Below the pieces are notes generated by a model. That model did no database searches, was not told where the DNA came from, and worked only from the letters and a program-made list of their open reading frames with translations. From Felis catus (taxonomy: Eukaryota), in the NCBI RefSeq assembly GCF_018350175.1, contig NC_058368.1, positions 233,308,001-233,372,000 on the forward strand: a stretch of DNA of 64,000 nt. Direction: 5' to 3'. Shown in pieces: positions 52,160 through 64,000 of this stretch. The number at the start of each line of letters is the position of its first letter. Within the stretch, counting starts at the first letter, position 1. Position numbers and translations under genes: made by a program.

Positions 52160-52401
52160 CGGCCCCTGCCGTGGCCTGGACGGCAGGTGGCACAGACGGG
52201 CAGCGCCTGGACCTTGTTTCCCCCGCCACGGGGGCCACGGAGCCCGCTTGAAGCCACTTGCGCCTGGACGGGGTGGGGGGGGGGGACGGGCCCTGAGGCC
52301 GCTTTCCCTCACGTGGCCTGCGGTGATGACCCCGTGATCACCACGTTGTGGGATCGCATCCTCAGAAATGATGCTCGAGGCTGAGCCACTGGGGGGACGT
52401 G

Positions 52402-52407
52402 AATAAA
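52402..52407 (+). terminator. CFAP90: CFAP90 polyadenylation signal
   Basis: First AATAAA about 240 nt after the stop codon. Confidence 0.6.
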
Positions 52408-54194
52408 AGGAAAGCTTCCCGCCTGATCGCGGTCGGGGGACTTTGTCCACTGCCTCCCCGGGGAGGCGCTCGGGGCCTGCACACCCTCTCTCACCAGGAG
52501 GAAAACGCTGTTGCCTATTGGCGCACACGCTGCTGCTCGAGTTTTCCTTCCTCCAAGAGGAGGTGTAATGAAATCGCCTTTCGGGGCAATTGCAGTCTAG
52601 ATACAACATTCTCCCCCCAACACAGAGGTCTGAGCCGTAAATAACAGGAGTTTGCACAATTGAGGGCAAAACCCTAGTTGGGACGGGTGGCCCCATGGCT
52701 GGCAAGGTGACGTCACTCCTCAGTGGAGAAGCAAAGGTCACGGGAAGAGAGAGACTGGGCTTTGACGTTCAACAGGCTTGGGTCAGATTGGGCTCCTGCA
52801 TCTTGCAGCGGCACGGTACGGGGCCCGTCGTCTCCCTTAGGCGAGCCCACATTTCCTCATCTTCAGACTGGGATTTCCAGACCTTGACCGGTGCCTGTGG
52901 GGATCACCGGGCCACCGGAGCGGGGTCCTCACGGAGGCACAAAAGAGGCCAGCGCCGTTGCTCTGAATCGTTTTCATTTTGGGAATGGCTGCTTCTCACC
53001 CAAGTTGGAAACGTTTATTTTGGAGATCATTTGAAACTTATTCAAGTATTAAGACACTGGCTATAGTTTTAATGAAAGGGTCTCTCGAAAGAAATCATCC
53101 CTCACCTCTGGTGATTACATGTCCCACAGCTTAGTGGTTAATGAGCAGGTGATCTAATTAATTTCTATACTGATTCCCCCATGGCTGGTTTTATTGTTTT
53201 GATGCTCTAAGGGCATTTGACACCGAATTGTTGACAATTTCAAGGCTGAGTGACTCCTACAGGTTTCTTTATTCATTTGAAAAATGGTATTTTTTTTCAC
53301 CATAGGTGTTTTTTATTAGTTCCACACACCCCGCCCCCAAACAACTAGGAATAGTTTATTTGGAATGCCTTTGGGTACATTAAGCCACGTATGTAATAAC
53401 ATAATAGAAAATATATAAATTTTGGAGTAGGGAAACTTTTACAAACTACTCTGTCTTCGACTTTGGCAACCAAGAAACACCAGGCATCTCTAAGAAATGC
53501 CTTCATCTGAACGTGACCACAATAAATCAGTGTCAAACTAAATTCTGGTTACTTTAAGTCAGATCCTACTCCCTGAACCTTCCACTTTCAACAAGCAGGG
53601 CCTGAACTGGAGAAGGTTTCAGAAGATCTCGTTTATCAGGCATCAAGGGAAAATTAAATGTATTAAGAGGGCGTTCTGCAAGAACGGATGGTTAGGGAGA
53701 GCTTTGAGCAGAGACGCTTGCTTGCTACCAAGGTCGCTGGGCCGGCTAAGTCAGCTGCAGCCCTCTCATCTGCGTGGTTCGCCCACAGGAGTATGTGCAG
53801 TTCTGGAGCTTATGGAGCCTTGACCGGGAGGCACACTTTCAGAGGTAGGGAGCAGGCGGGTTTGCATTCTAGGCTCGTCTTGGGCACTGATCGCTGGGAG
53901 ACTCCGAACAAGCCAAGCCCCTGAACCTCGCTGCACCGGTTTCCTCATTTGTAAAGCACAGGGGGACTCAGGCCGGGGACCAGAATCGCCTGGATGGCTT
54001 GTTAGCCAAGCACGGTGCATGTGCTGAGCCCCACGGCTAGGACCTCTGCCTTGGCAGGCTTGGGTTGGGGCCTGTAAATGAGGTGTTGCCGCTGCTGGTT
54101 GGGGACCACACTCGGAGAGATCGTATGTGTGCAGACCTCTGCAAGATAGACTCTGATAATGACTCTGATTGCTTTAACACGTGTACTGTTTGGG

Positions 54195-54395
54195 GGGGGG
54201 GGGGCGCCTGGGTGGCTCGGCTGGTTGAGCATCCGGCTTCGGCTCAGGTCATGATCTCGCGTTCCAGCCCCGTGTTGGGCTCTGTGCTGACCGCTCGGAG
54301 CCTGGAGCACGCTTCGGATCCCCCGTCCCCCTCTCTCTCCGCCCCTCCCCTGCTTGTGCTCTCTCAAAACTAAATAAACATTAAAAAAAAAGAGA
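54195..54395 (+). mobile_element. Felid CanSINE in inferred ADCY2 3'UTR
   Basis: Flanks tgtactgtttgg / tatactgtttgg. Confidence 0.92.
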
Positions 54396-55139
54396 GAAAA
54401 GTATACTGTTTGGTTAAGACTAGGAACACAGTTCCGGGGGAAAGAAACAACTGTCCTTTTGAGTTCTTTTCACCAAATTCAGCATATCCCTGGTGGGTGC
54501 AGAAAGCCACGCTTGAGGGCGCTTGGCTGTGGGTGTCCACTAAGGGGAGGTGACGTGCCCTGGGATGGGTGCTGCAGGCTCTAAGGAGGGGCCCACAAGG
54601 TGCAGCTGATGACCATTATTACAAATGACACAGAAGGCTGGTCTGAAGTCAGTGAGACCCCAGGCCTCCTAGGCCACGTTTCCATGACAGCGAAAACAGA
54701 CGTCCCTATACTACGTTTCCTCTTCCGGTCACCTTTCTGGAGATCTCCAACACTGCCTGACTGAGGCAGACCGTGGAACACATCATGCTGTATTCCCACT
54801 TCGGCGAGGAAGGCCAGTTAGGAGTTTCGGGAAGTGCTTTTACGTGAGCCTGAGTCCTGTCAGGATGGCACCGGCAAGAGAAAGCCCTGGGGACCTGCCA
54901 GGCTCTCGCATGGTCATTAGCTCTCTCAGTCACACCTGATCCCCTAAGCTACCCATGAGGAAACACCCCTAAGAGAAATTAAGCGACGTGGTCAAAGTCG
55001 CACGGCCAGAAAACGGTCAGTGAGGAATCCAACGAGGGCCCGGTGCTTCGGGTCTGAGTTGCCAAGAACAAGGTGCTCCTGGTAGATTGGGGTCCCCTGG
55101 TTGTCACACACGCCTGCCTTGAGCTGTGAACAGAAGCCA

Positions 55140-55375
55140 AGGGTGCCCCACCAGGCTGGCGTGTGCGGGTTAAGTGCACGACTCTTGATTTCAACTCAGG
55201 TCGTGATCTCACGGCTGGTGAGTTTGAGCCCCACATCAGGCTCTGTGCTCACAGCGCTGAACCTGCTTGGGATTCTCTCTCTCCCTCTCTCTCTGCCCCT
55301 CCCTTGCCTGCATTCTCCCTTTCTCTTTCTCCAAATAAATAAATAAATAATAACCTTAAAAAAATAAAAAAACAC
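55140..55375 (+). mobile_element. CanSINE (older) in inferred ADCY2 3'UTR
   Basis: gactcttgatttcaactcaggtcgtgatctc...aataaataaa. Confidence 0.85.
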
Positions 55376-56288
55376 ACACAACATTTTCCCCAGAAAATAT
55401 CCTCTAGAGATGTGACAGGGCGCTCGGAGCATTTCCAGAGAGTGGCAGAATCAAGTGTCTACCTCACAAGCCTTGTCCTGATCTGAATTACCCAAGGATC
55501 TCCCAATCGCTGCTCCTGGGGCGCGCTTTCTGAAACAACCGTCAGTCAGGAGAATGGAAAGCCAACCTCGGCTGTGGAGCAAACCGCGGGAGAAGGAAGA
55601 AAAGGGGGGAAAAGATACAGACTATAAACCAAAGTACGTAAAACTTTTAATGAATCAACCTTACAAAAGACAATGGCATCAAAACGTCGGACGCGTTTGG
55701 TACAAAACTGGTCCTAGGTTATGAGAACTAATTCTGGTGATGGGTGGCTGCACGCCTCTGGCCCGAGACACGACAGAGCAAGGCGACAGGACCGTGGGTC
55801 CCGTGGATGGCCGCCGGCGATGAGATACACTGGGTGAACACAGTCAACTTCCATGTGGGGCGACGGAATCAATTATTCACAAATACTGTGTAATATCGGA
55901 CTAGCGGATGCGGTTGGCCAGCTACCATATTTTCCAGGAAAAAAAAAAACATGCACTGGAAGATAATATACACCCCCTAGTTTTATTGCCTTAAGAATTT
56001 TTGTTTATTTCACCTCTGTCATCTTTGTGAATTCTCTGAGCGCATTTCTCCCATAACACACACTCCTTTTCCTTCTGCTTAGGAGTAAGCACAGTGCAAG
56101 TGGCAGAGCGATCTTGGGACACGTCAGACACCAAATGGTATGCCACCAGGTCAGAGGAACGAGTCTGAAAAGGCTCCATAGGACACAACAGAGCACGCAC
56201 ACCAAAAACGAGAGACAAAGCTCGCAGTCAGAAAGTGCATTGTACCTTCCCGGAAGTACAGTCTTCTTGCCGAAGTGGAGGCAACCCC

Positions 56289-56441
56289 TCAGGATGCCAC
56301 GTTGCTCTGGGAAAGGGACCTTGACATTTCTGTGTTTACAAAGTACGTCTTCAGCTCCCCCTTGCCTTTCACGTTGATTATTCCTCGACATGTGCACGTG
56401 TACCCCAGGGTCTGGAGGATGAGGCTTGTCTCCTCAGTGAC
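56289..56441 (-). CDS. ADCY2: Adenylate cyclase type 2, last coding exon
   Basis: VTEETSLILQTLGYTCTCRGIINVKGKGELKTYFVNTEMSRSLSQSNVAS*; VKGKG cyclase motif and AC2-type C-terminus; acceptor ttctAG; this frame is absent from the ORF track. Confidence 0.97.
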   Translation of the reverse strand, partial: VTEETSLILQTLGYTCTCRGIINVKGKGELKTYFVNTEMSRSLSQSNVAS

Positions 56442-56842
56442 CTAGAAGCACACGGACAGACGGAGAGGTCAGTGCCTACAAAACACAGCCTCCAGAAGGT
56501 CGTTTGACCGCAAAGATCAGGAGCCAAAAGACATTCATGTTCTCTGGCCCTTTCATTCCACTCCTAAGAAATTAGAAGAAGACAGAATCACGCAGGAGAA
56601 GAAAAGCCTTTTAGGGACAACGCGTAATTTCATGCTGCAACGGTGACAGACTCTAAACCACCTAAAAAGTCAAGTGATCTCCAGGGCGGTGTAAACCAGG
56701 ATGCTGTCATGATCCCTATCGTGGCCGAGACCAGGAAATAAGGCAGGATCTGTTCACCCCCAAGGGAAAAATTGAAGCCCAGACCCACGCTATGACTTCA
56801 GCTACGTGAAGGTTACGTATTCACATATAAGAGACCTGGAAA

Positions 56843-57050
56843 GGGGCACGTGGGTGGCTCAGTCGGCTAAGCGTCCAACTCTTGATATTGGCTCAGGTCA
56901 TGATCTCACGGCTCGTGGGATTGAGCCCCGTGTCAGGTTCTGTGCTGACAGTGAGGACCCTGCTTAGGATTCTCTCTCTCCCTCTCTCTTTGTCCCTACC
57001 CTGCTCCCTCCTGCTCTCTCTCTCTCAAAATAAATAAACTAAAAGAGAGA
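56843..57050 (+). mobile_element. CanSINE
   Basis: TSD agagacctggaa. Confidence 0.92.
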
Positions 57051-60000
57051 GAAAGAGAGAGACCTGGAAGAGGGAAAGTAAATCAAAATATACTGTAGTG
57101 GGATTTTACAAACTGTCATGAATGTCATTTCACAAAATCGTGAATGTGAATAATGGATTTTAATTCAGATGGGAGAAGACACCCTGAGAAGCACCGTCAG
57201 CTCCCGCAAATGGCCCCCTGCTTCGGCGAATGCTCGAGAACAAAACTAAAAGGACACTAGGGGTCTGCGCCAGCCTTGGCACGGGCATGACACGCTGAGT
57301 CAGGTCTTCTCAAGCTTCCTCCCTTCACCGAGCTGACACAGAAGGTGACCAGGGCCGGGCCCCTCTCTTGCAGCCTGTCGACGTGATTCCCGCCACTGCC
57401 CCGCGAGGCCAGGACCCGCACTGCCGAATCGCCTCGGGTCCCGCTGTGTCAGACGGCAGAGGAATTTCCCGGGTAGGACGGCCCCTCTCTCTTAGGGGAG
57501 AAGGGCTGTACCGAGTCCTGCCCCATCTCAGCCTGAGCGTGCGCCGTGCTCTCCTCGGGGGCCATGTCTGGGGATGACAGCTCAGGTCTGCGTGGCATTT
57601 GTCTGCTTGAGTGTTGGCGAAGCCTCCTGCTGAAGACGCTTTCTCAAGCAGAGAATGGGTGAGGAGAGAACAGACTAGGCTACCAATAGAGAGGCCTCAG
57701 CTTCGGAAGTGAGGGCAGACCCCCGTGTCAGGAACACGGTCCCCAGCCAGGCCTCCCAGGAGGTATCTGGCTTTTGAGCAGAGAGGGAGGAGCTGTTTTT
57801 TCCAGAAACCCCTGGTAATGCTGCTCTGAAAGCAGGGGAGAAAGCAGAGGAGGAAGAGGGGGAGGAGGTGGAGGAGGGGGAGGAGGGGGAGGAGGAGGGA
57901 TTTCCTCCCCTTGCATCAGAGGATGAACATGGCACCCGGGGGACCCGACCACCTTGGCCGTGTGGGTGGCACCCACATGCTGTGCAGGCTTGTGAACAGC
58001 ACAGCAATGGTATCACACGATTTTGCTTTTGGGGTGGGTGCCGTCGGGGGACCACGCAGTGGTGGGGGCAGTGGCCGCAGCAGTGAGCCAGCCTCCTTGA
58101 GCCTGGTGGCTGAGAGAGGGGTGAGGCAGAAATAGGAGGGCTGTGCTTCTGAGAATCCAGGGAGACATCCAGAGGCCCCCGGAAGCAAGGGTGAAGGGTG
58201 CCATATAAAGATCTCAAGGGCAGGCTGTTGGAAAGAGCTGGAAAAACCACCCTGTCTCCCTGTACTTTGACTCCGTGGCCAGCCCCTAGCACGGGGGCCA
58301 ATGTGTGGGTCCTCGGGACCCTTGTGACCAGAGCAAGAAAAGAGGGTCACAGGTGCCGTATGTTCACGTCCTGTCCTTTGCTAGCTTGAGCCCAAGTCCT
58401 GGGGAAGGACAAGTGTAGCTGGGAGGTGAAGCCAGGGGCACAGGAAGGACTCTGGATCCTGGGGAAGAACCGAAGGAATACGGACAGAGCCGGGGAACTC
58501 AGATTTCAGACAGGGTCTCATGATGAGAGTTCTCAGGCATAATCAGAATTAGAGAATTCCAGAGGCGTCTGATTTCCGACCTGCCACAGAAAACAAACAC
58601 ATCTGCTGGAGCCTCGGGGGTTAATTCTGCAGTCAAGGTGTTTACTGGTGTGAAGTATCACCACGGGCATTTGTGAGCTATCCCTTGGAATCTGGAACAC
58701 CAACCACACAATTACCGTGACGCAAGGAGGAGGGAGCTGTCTCCCCGACGAACAGCGGCCAGTATGCCTCCAAGCCCGGGGGCGGCCTGGCTGGGTGACA
58801 CTCGCGCTTTCTCCAGTGTTCTGTGAGCTTCCAGGCTGGAAAGCGTGGTGGGCGTGGATGCTCTTTAATCAAAAGGACCTCAGGCCCTTTAATCCTCAGG
58901 CCCGGGAGAAGCTTTTAACGATCTCAGCATCGTTTCTGATTCTTCCTGGCGTCTCATTACTTTCCTCGCACGTAAGTGGAAATGCGAAGCTACCGGAGAC
59001 GGAGTGAACCTCGGCCTCAGGAGAAGGAACCTGCTGGACACAAGCCTCCCGGCGGCTGAGCTGAGTGAACACACGCGGAGGGGCTTCTCCTCCAGGCTCC
59101 GGGTGCACAGAGACCCTCCAGGGGGCGCTGCTCAGCACTAAATCACCTGGAGTTTTATGAGGCCCAATATCCTCCTGGAGACGGAGACACGGGAGCTCCA
59201 GCTCATTTCAAACACTGACCTGCAGGGGATTTACGACCTCCAGGAGGGAGTGCTCTCTCCGAACAGCCTCTCTTAAATGGGTTTTGATACGTATCCCAAA
59301 TGCTTGAAAACCACTTGGAGAGTCGTGAAACATGTCTTCTGAATGTTCCAGGTATGGCAAGGGGGGGGGGGGGGGCTAGGTTGGCCTGTAGGTTGGGAAC
59401 GTGCGTCCTTGATAGGAGCACCCTCTCCTCACGCCAGACACAAGACCCCACGCTGTACAGGATCGCTGGAACATCCCCGGGGCATCAGGAACAACTAATG
59501 ACACGCAGGCAGAAAGCCCTCGAGGCCGTGGTGCCATCATGGCACGGGTCAGCGAGGTGCCAAGGTGGTAGACTGCGCCTCTCGTGGTGGGCATCTAGGC
59601 CATCTCCACACACCGTGACGACCGCTCCAGCCCCGTTTCTGGTGAGAGCTTTGTCTGGGTCGGCTCTCGTGAGCACAGCCAGCTGACTCTCTCCCCCTGG
59701 CAACGTCTGGGTCTGATCGGGAAGCCCCAGACGTTCCTCTCCGCCCCACATCGCCTGCCACCTCTCCCCGCTCTCTGTTGCTTACTTTTGGCAAACTGCT
59801 GACTAGTCATCCGGTGGGAAGAAGGTGAGATATAGGCCCCGTTCCATACAAAGATTAAAGATATGCTACAGAAGGTTCACAGAAGCAGAGGCAGGTGAAG
59901 AGTGTGAAAAGCAAGCAGGCAGAAGTTTAATGAGAAGCCCGCTTTTGATAGCACTGGAGCCGGTGTCTTCGGCAGAATTTCAGAAAAGAACTCTAAATCT

Positions 60001-60872
60001 CCATCGGAATGTTAGGAGGCAAGGTCACCTGAGGACAGGGGTCAAGCCAAGGCACACAGAACAGGGACTTGTCGAATTCTCCATGGGGGGGGGGGGAAGC
60101 TTATTATTTGCGTTCAGTGGTTTTCACACGAATTTGCCACTTGGCAGGAATTTATCTTCCAGAAGTGAAGCGTGGAATCTGGGGTGAAACGGGGAATCAC
60201 TGCGTTTTGAGGGAGTGGCGAATAGAAAGTTCTGCAGAGACACACACGTGCACACGTTCTTCTCATTAGGAGAGGTCGGTCTCTCCTTCCAGGTGTGTGG
60301 CATTCTGCCCGAGCCACCTCCCCTGCGTGGATTCCAGTGCCGTCCGGTCATTCTCCATATCCAAATCCCATGCTGGCCCGATTTGGCGCTGCCATTTCAT
60401 ATCACCCTGAATCTCGTCCCTCGTCTTTCCCCAGTCGGCTCCTTTCTGCCTCCTTCCAACTCAGCCTCTGGGACGGGAAGTCTGGGGGCTCTGTCTGGTT
60501 TGGGTTGTACAGTCCCTCTCCCTTGCAGGGCTCCCTTCAAGGTTCTGGTGCCAGGAGATGGAAGAGGAGAGAAGGGGCCAGCCTTGACTCGCTCAGGTGT
60601 CAGACTGCCATGTTGATCGTTGGCCGTCGTCGACTTCCTCCAAAGCTATAACCTTTACGTTATTACGTTTCTCAAGTATTGTTAACGGCGAGTGCAGAAA
60701 CGGATGACCATTTCCCCAATAAAAAAGACTTATGTCAATTTCAGGTTCTTTTCACCATTGAAGTAACTACCAAGATTCTTTGTTCTAATACATCATTGTC
60801 ATTATGATGATGCTCATTTATGACTTCGAAGAGGATAGACCTGGCCCGTGATGACGGAGCAGACTAGATTAC

Positions 60873-60997
60873 CTGTATTTTGTCCAGCACGCCGGTGCTG
60901 TCCATCCTGCTGGCCACATTCACGGTGTTGCCCCAGATATCGTATTGTGGCTTCTGAGCTCCAATCACACCGGCTATTACAGGCCCATGGTTAATAC
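60873..60997 (-). CDS. ADCY2: ADCY2 penultimate exon (125 nt), C2 catalytic domain
   Basis: (G)[41 protein letters not shown], class III cyclase signature; ttgcAG and GTAATC. Confidence 0.97.
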
Positions 60998-61246
60998 CTG
61001 CAACGCATCAGAACCAGGCAAGAAGACTCAAGTTACAACGACCGTCTTCAACAGAAAAGTTGTACAAGAGTATTTCTGAATCATCATTATGCAGCCAACA
61101 TTAGCCCAACTCACGGAATTCTAAAACAAAGAAAAATAGTTTGTTTCTCTTCTTGGTCTTGATTTATACATAGGTACCCAGATATCATTTTTATTCCATA
61201 ATAACATAAAGTTGGCTATGCTTTCAAAAAAGCCAAACATTGTATC

Positions 61247-61462
61247 AGGACACCTGGGTGGTTCAGTCGGTTGAGCGTCCGACTTCAGCTCAGGTCACGA
61301 TCTCATGGTTTGTGGGTTCGAGCCCCGTGTCGGGCTCTGTGCGGACAGCCCGGAGCCTGGACCCTGCTTCACATTCTGTGTCTCCCTCTCTCTGTCTCTC
61401 CCCGGCTTGCGCTCTGTCTCCCTCTCTCAAGAAAATAAACATTAAGAAAATTAAAAAAAACC
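61247..61462 (+). mobile_element. Felid CanSINE
   Basis: Flanks ccaaacattgtat / caaaacattatA. Confidence 0.9.
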
Positions 61463-61489
61463 CAAAACATTATAATAGTTTTCTTAAGT

Positions 61490-61517
61490 TTTTTTTTTTT
61501 AAAAGATCTTTGATTTG

Positions 61518-61567
<50 letters not shown>

Positions 61568-61690
61568 CGGAGGAAGAGGGGCAGAGAGAGAGGCAGACAG
61601 AGGGTCCAAACTGGGGCTTGAACTCACCGCAGGGCTCAAACTCATGAGCTGTGAGATCATGACCTGAGCCAAAGTTAGTCACCCGACTGA
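61490..61690 (-). mobile_element. CanSINE with long (GA)n microsatellite
   Basis: (GA)n about 61520-61565; gagatcatgacctgagccaaag. Confidence 0.85.
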
Positions 61691-64000
61691 GTTTTCTATG
61701 TTGCTACATAATCCTAGATAAGAGATGATCACTGTTCTCCAGCAGTTTTGCGGTTAATGTTAATTTTTGAAATATACATCTTTCTGTTTTAAACAGCTAC
61801 ACTGAATGGATATACCACATTTACTGGCAGTTTGGTCACCGATGGACTTCTGGGTTCATGCCAACATCTTGCTGAATCCGCCACTTGCCCCCACACCAGT
61901 GTGGCATTTTCTCCCTGCTGCGCACTGTAAAACTCTGGGGATGCTCACAACAGCCTTGTGCGGTGGGTACTGTTATCACCACCTCCGGATTCAGGCAAGA
62001 AAGCAGGAGAGGGCGCCGTCAGACAGGCAGCAGTGGCAGTGGCAGCCAGCTCCGTGGCCCTGCTGGTAAGGATGCTGCCATGAGCTTCCCGTGCACGAGG
62101 CTTCTTCCCACCTTTCAGCTTGGTGCCTTTGATGATGTCCCAATGCCAAGTTTACGGAATTCCAGAGGACCATGCTTGTGCCTCTGATTTCCATTGCTAA
62201 AGCACCTCCAAAGGGCTCTCTCAACGCACACCGTGCTAGTGAGGGAGTCTACCCAGGTCAACTTTAGAACAATAACAGGTCCTAGTATGGGCAATATAGA
62301 GATTTTGACGGAGTTCAGATTTGAGGACATTCTCCTGGGAGAGGCCCCCAAGAGCGTCACGTTTGGACAGGTCCTGGGGTAGACAGGCCCGCCCCCGGGG
62401 AGCAGGTGCAACCCACAGGCCGTCTCCGCACAAGTGGGGGGACGTCTCTTTTGCTTGGGTTCTTGTCCCCCTTGAGCTGGGCTCTTTACAGCTCTGCACT
62501 CATCAGACTGAGGACAATCCAGCCTCTGGCATAAACCTCCTCACAAACTGTGATTCTCCAGGGACAGCCATCAAAAGGTTGCTGGGGAAACTCAGGAGGC
62601 ACCACTCTCCAGCCCTGCTGCCCCCTGGCTTGCCCATGTGACTGCCCAGATAATCAGGCAGCCTGGGCCACCACTAACAGAGGAGGCCATTGCTCTGATT
62701 GTCCTCTCTGTAGCTGCAATTATAACCCCACGGTTATTACGTGCTGACACCTGAGCTCAGCGTGAGCTTTCACACTGCCCGAGACACGGAGACGGCACCT
62801 GCCATCTCCTTAGAAGTCTGATCAACTTCTCTAATCAGAGAGGCCTGGGATTCTCTCCCAACTCCCATGCACCAGGTAGGATGAGTCCTTGCCCCAGGAT
62901 CTCAGTTCAAACACACAGACCCATAGTTATCCCGGGAGTGGTGCGGAGGAAGGCCACGGAAATAGAAACAGAGTTATTGACTTCGGTTGATTATGCCCTA
63001 GGTATGTGTTCTCTCCTAGATCTAGGACTCCTGCCTTGCTGCAGGAGTCAACTTGTACTGATTAATGAGGGGGTTTTTGAGATCCCTTCTCCCACTGCTG
63101 TACTGCTTAGTGCACTACGGCTTGTTAGAGACCCGAGGCAAAACTTTCTCTTTGCAGTGGAGAGGTAGGCAGGAAACGGTATAAACAGCATTCCACAAAA
63201 CCTTTGAAGGTACGCAAGAGGCAAGAAAGAAATTCTGCTTTGCTTTTGCGGAGTGCTCAGTAAAGCCCACACTGTGCTTTAGACACCCCAAAGAATTTAG
63301 TCCAGCCGCTGGCTGCTGGCTGGTGCCCTCAAGCCCCCTCTACCATCAGCTTTCCTCCGGGCTGCTGAATCCTGCTGGGTCAGCGCCTGGCGGGGTAGGC
63401 AGTGGGGAGAGGCTGGGCTGCCGACTGCTGGCACGGGGTCAATCTCCACTTAGCGCAGGAATGCGCTCAGATTTTGGTTCCCGCTGACCGACTAATTCTG
63501 CAGCTTGACATGCAGAAGAGGACGTTAAGAGTGAATTCAGCATTTCTTATTTGTATCCTCTAATTTTTTTTTTTTTTGAAGTATTACTCTTCCAAGTTCC
63601 TACCATGAACTGCCACTGGATGGCGCCACACACCCAAGTGCAGCAGGGCAGGCAGACCCCTGAGAGAGAGGCGGAGGGGTGGGGAAAGGCAGCCCCAGAG
63701 GCCCGTGAGACCTTGAGCTTCCTCAGAAACCTCAAAGAGCTGCCATGTGGGGTGACTGTGTAGACGTCATTAGTTATTCAGTCATGAGTGTAAACACTCA
63801 AATTCTTCTCGAAGAAGGCCTATTCAATTGCTCGCATTAATCTGGAAAATACCGTTAAGGTCCAAGACCAAGAAAGCTGTGATGTTTGGGGAAGTAACAC
63901 ATGTGATCAGCAAACGCTGATCTCTATTTCACTTTGCAGTAAAGAACGGTAGTATTTTGTTTTGAATACGTTTACTAATCGAGCAGATCATTCCAACGTG

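Larger units (their letters stand above)
53340..56288 (-). other. ADCY2: Probable ADCY2 3'UTR (about 3 kb)
   Basis: Follows the stop codon; minus-strand AATAAA at 55982-55987 (proximal) and 53355-53360 (distal, in an AT-rich context). Extent is inferred. Confidence 0.6.

Noticed and set aside
51968..52741. 257-aa antisense ORF over CFAP90 exon 3
   Set aside because: GC-rich shadow ORF with no recognisable domain and a non-ATG start.
57675..58350. Ser/Pro-rich 208-aa and overlapping ORFs in the last ADCY2 intron
   Set aside because: Driven by a (GGA)n-like purine tract at about 57840-57900; no coding signature.
61000..64000. Further ADCY2 exons
   Set aside because: No cyclase-like reading frame with splice sites was found; the next exon probably lies beyond the window.

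Overview
Mammalian nuclear DNA, almost certainly from a felid, judged by the many felid-type CanSINE/SINEC_Fc copies. It is the locus syntenic to human 5p15.31, in reversed orientation. It contains four genes: (1) the 5' half of MTRR (minus strand; candidate non-coding exon 1 plus coding exons 2-6, totalling 903 coding nt); (2) a complete FASTKD3 (plus strand; 6 coding exons, 660 aa), head-to-head with MTRR on a CpG-island bidirectional promoter with NRF1, GC-box and CCAAT motifs; (3) a complete CFAP90/C5orf49 (plus strand; 3 exons, 147 aa) with an RFX X-box; (4) the last two coding exons and 3'UTR of ADCY2 (minus strand), tail-to-tail with CFAP90. All coding exons were read by hand with GT-AG boundaries and consistent phases. 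The remainder is about 30 SINEs, older MER/MIR/MLT/L1 fragments and simple repeats; repeat boundaries are approximate and subfamily names come from motif recognition, not a database search. I see no evidence for a wholly new multi-gene system. The best leads are small: a SINE insertion whose target-site duplication creates a decoy splice acceptor in FASTKD3, a rare GAG/GAG acceptor in MTRR, overlapping uORFs on both genes of the bidirectional pair, DDP in place of DGP in the FASTKD3 RAP domain, a GC-box minisatellite in CFAP90 intron 1, and an unexplained promoter-like motif cluster upstream of CFAP90. Comparisons with human are from recall and need database confirmation.
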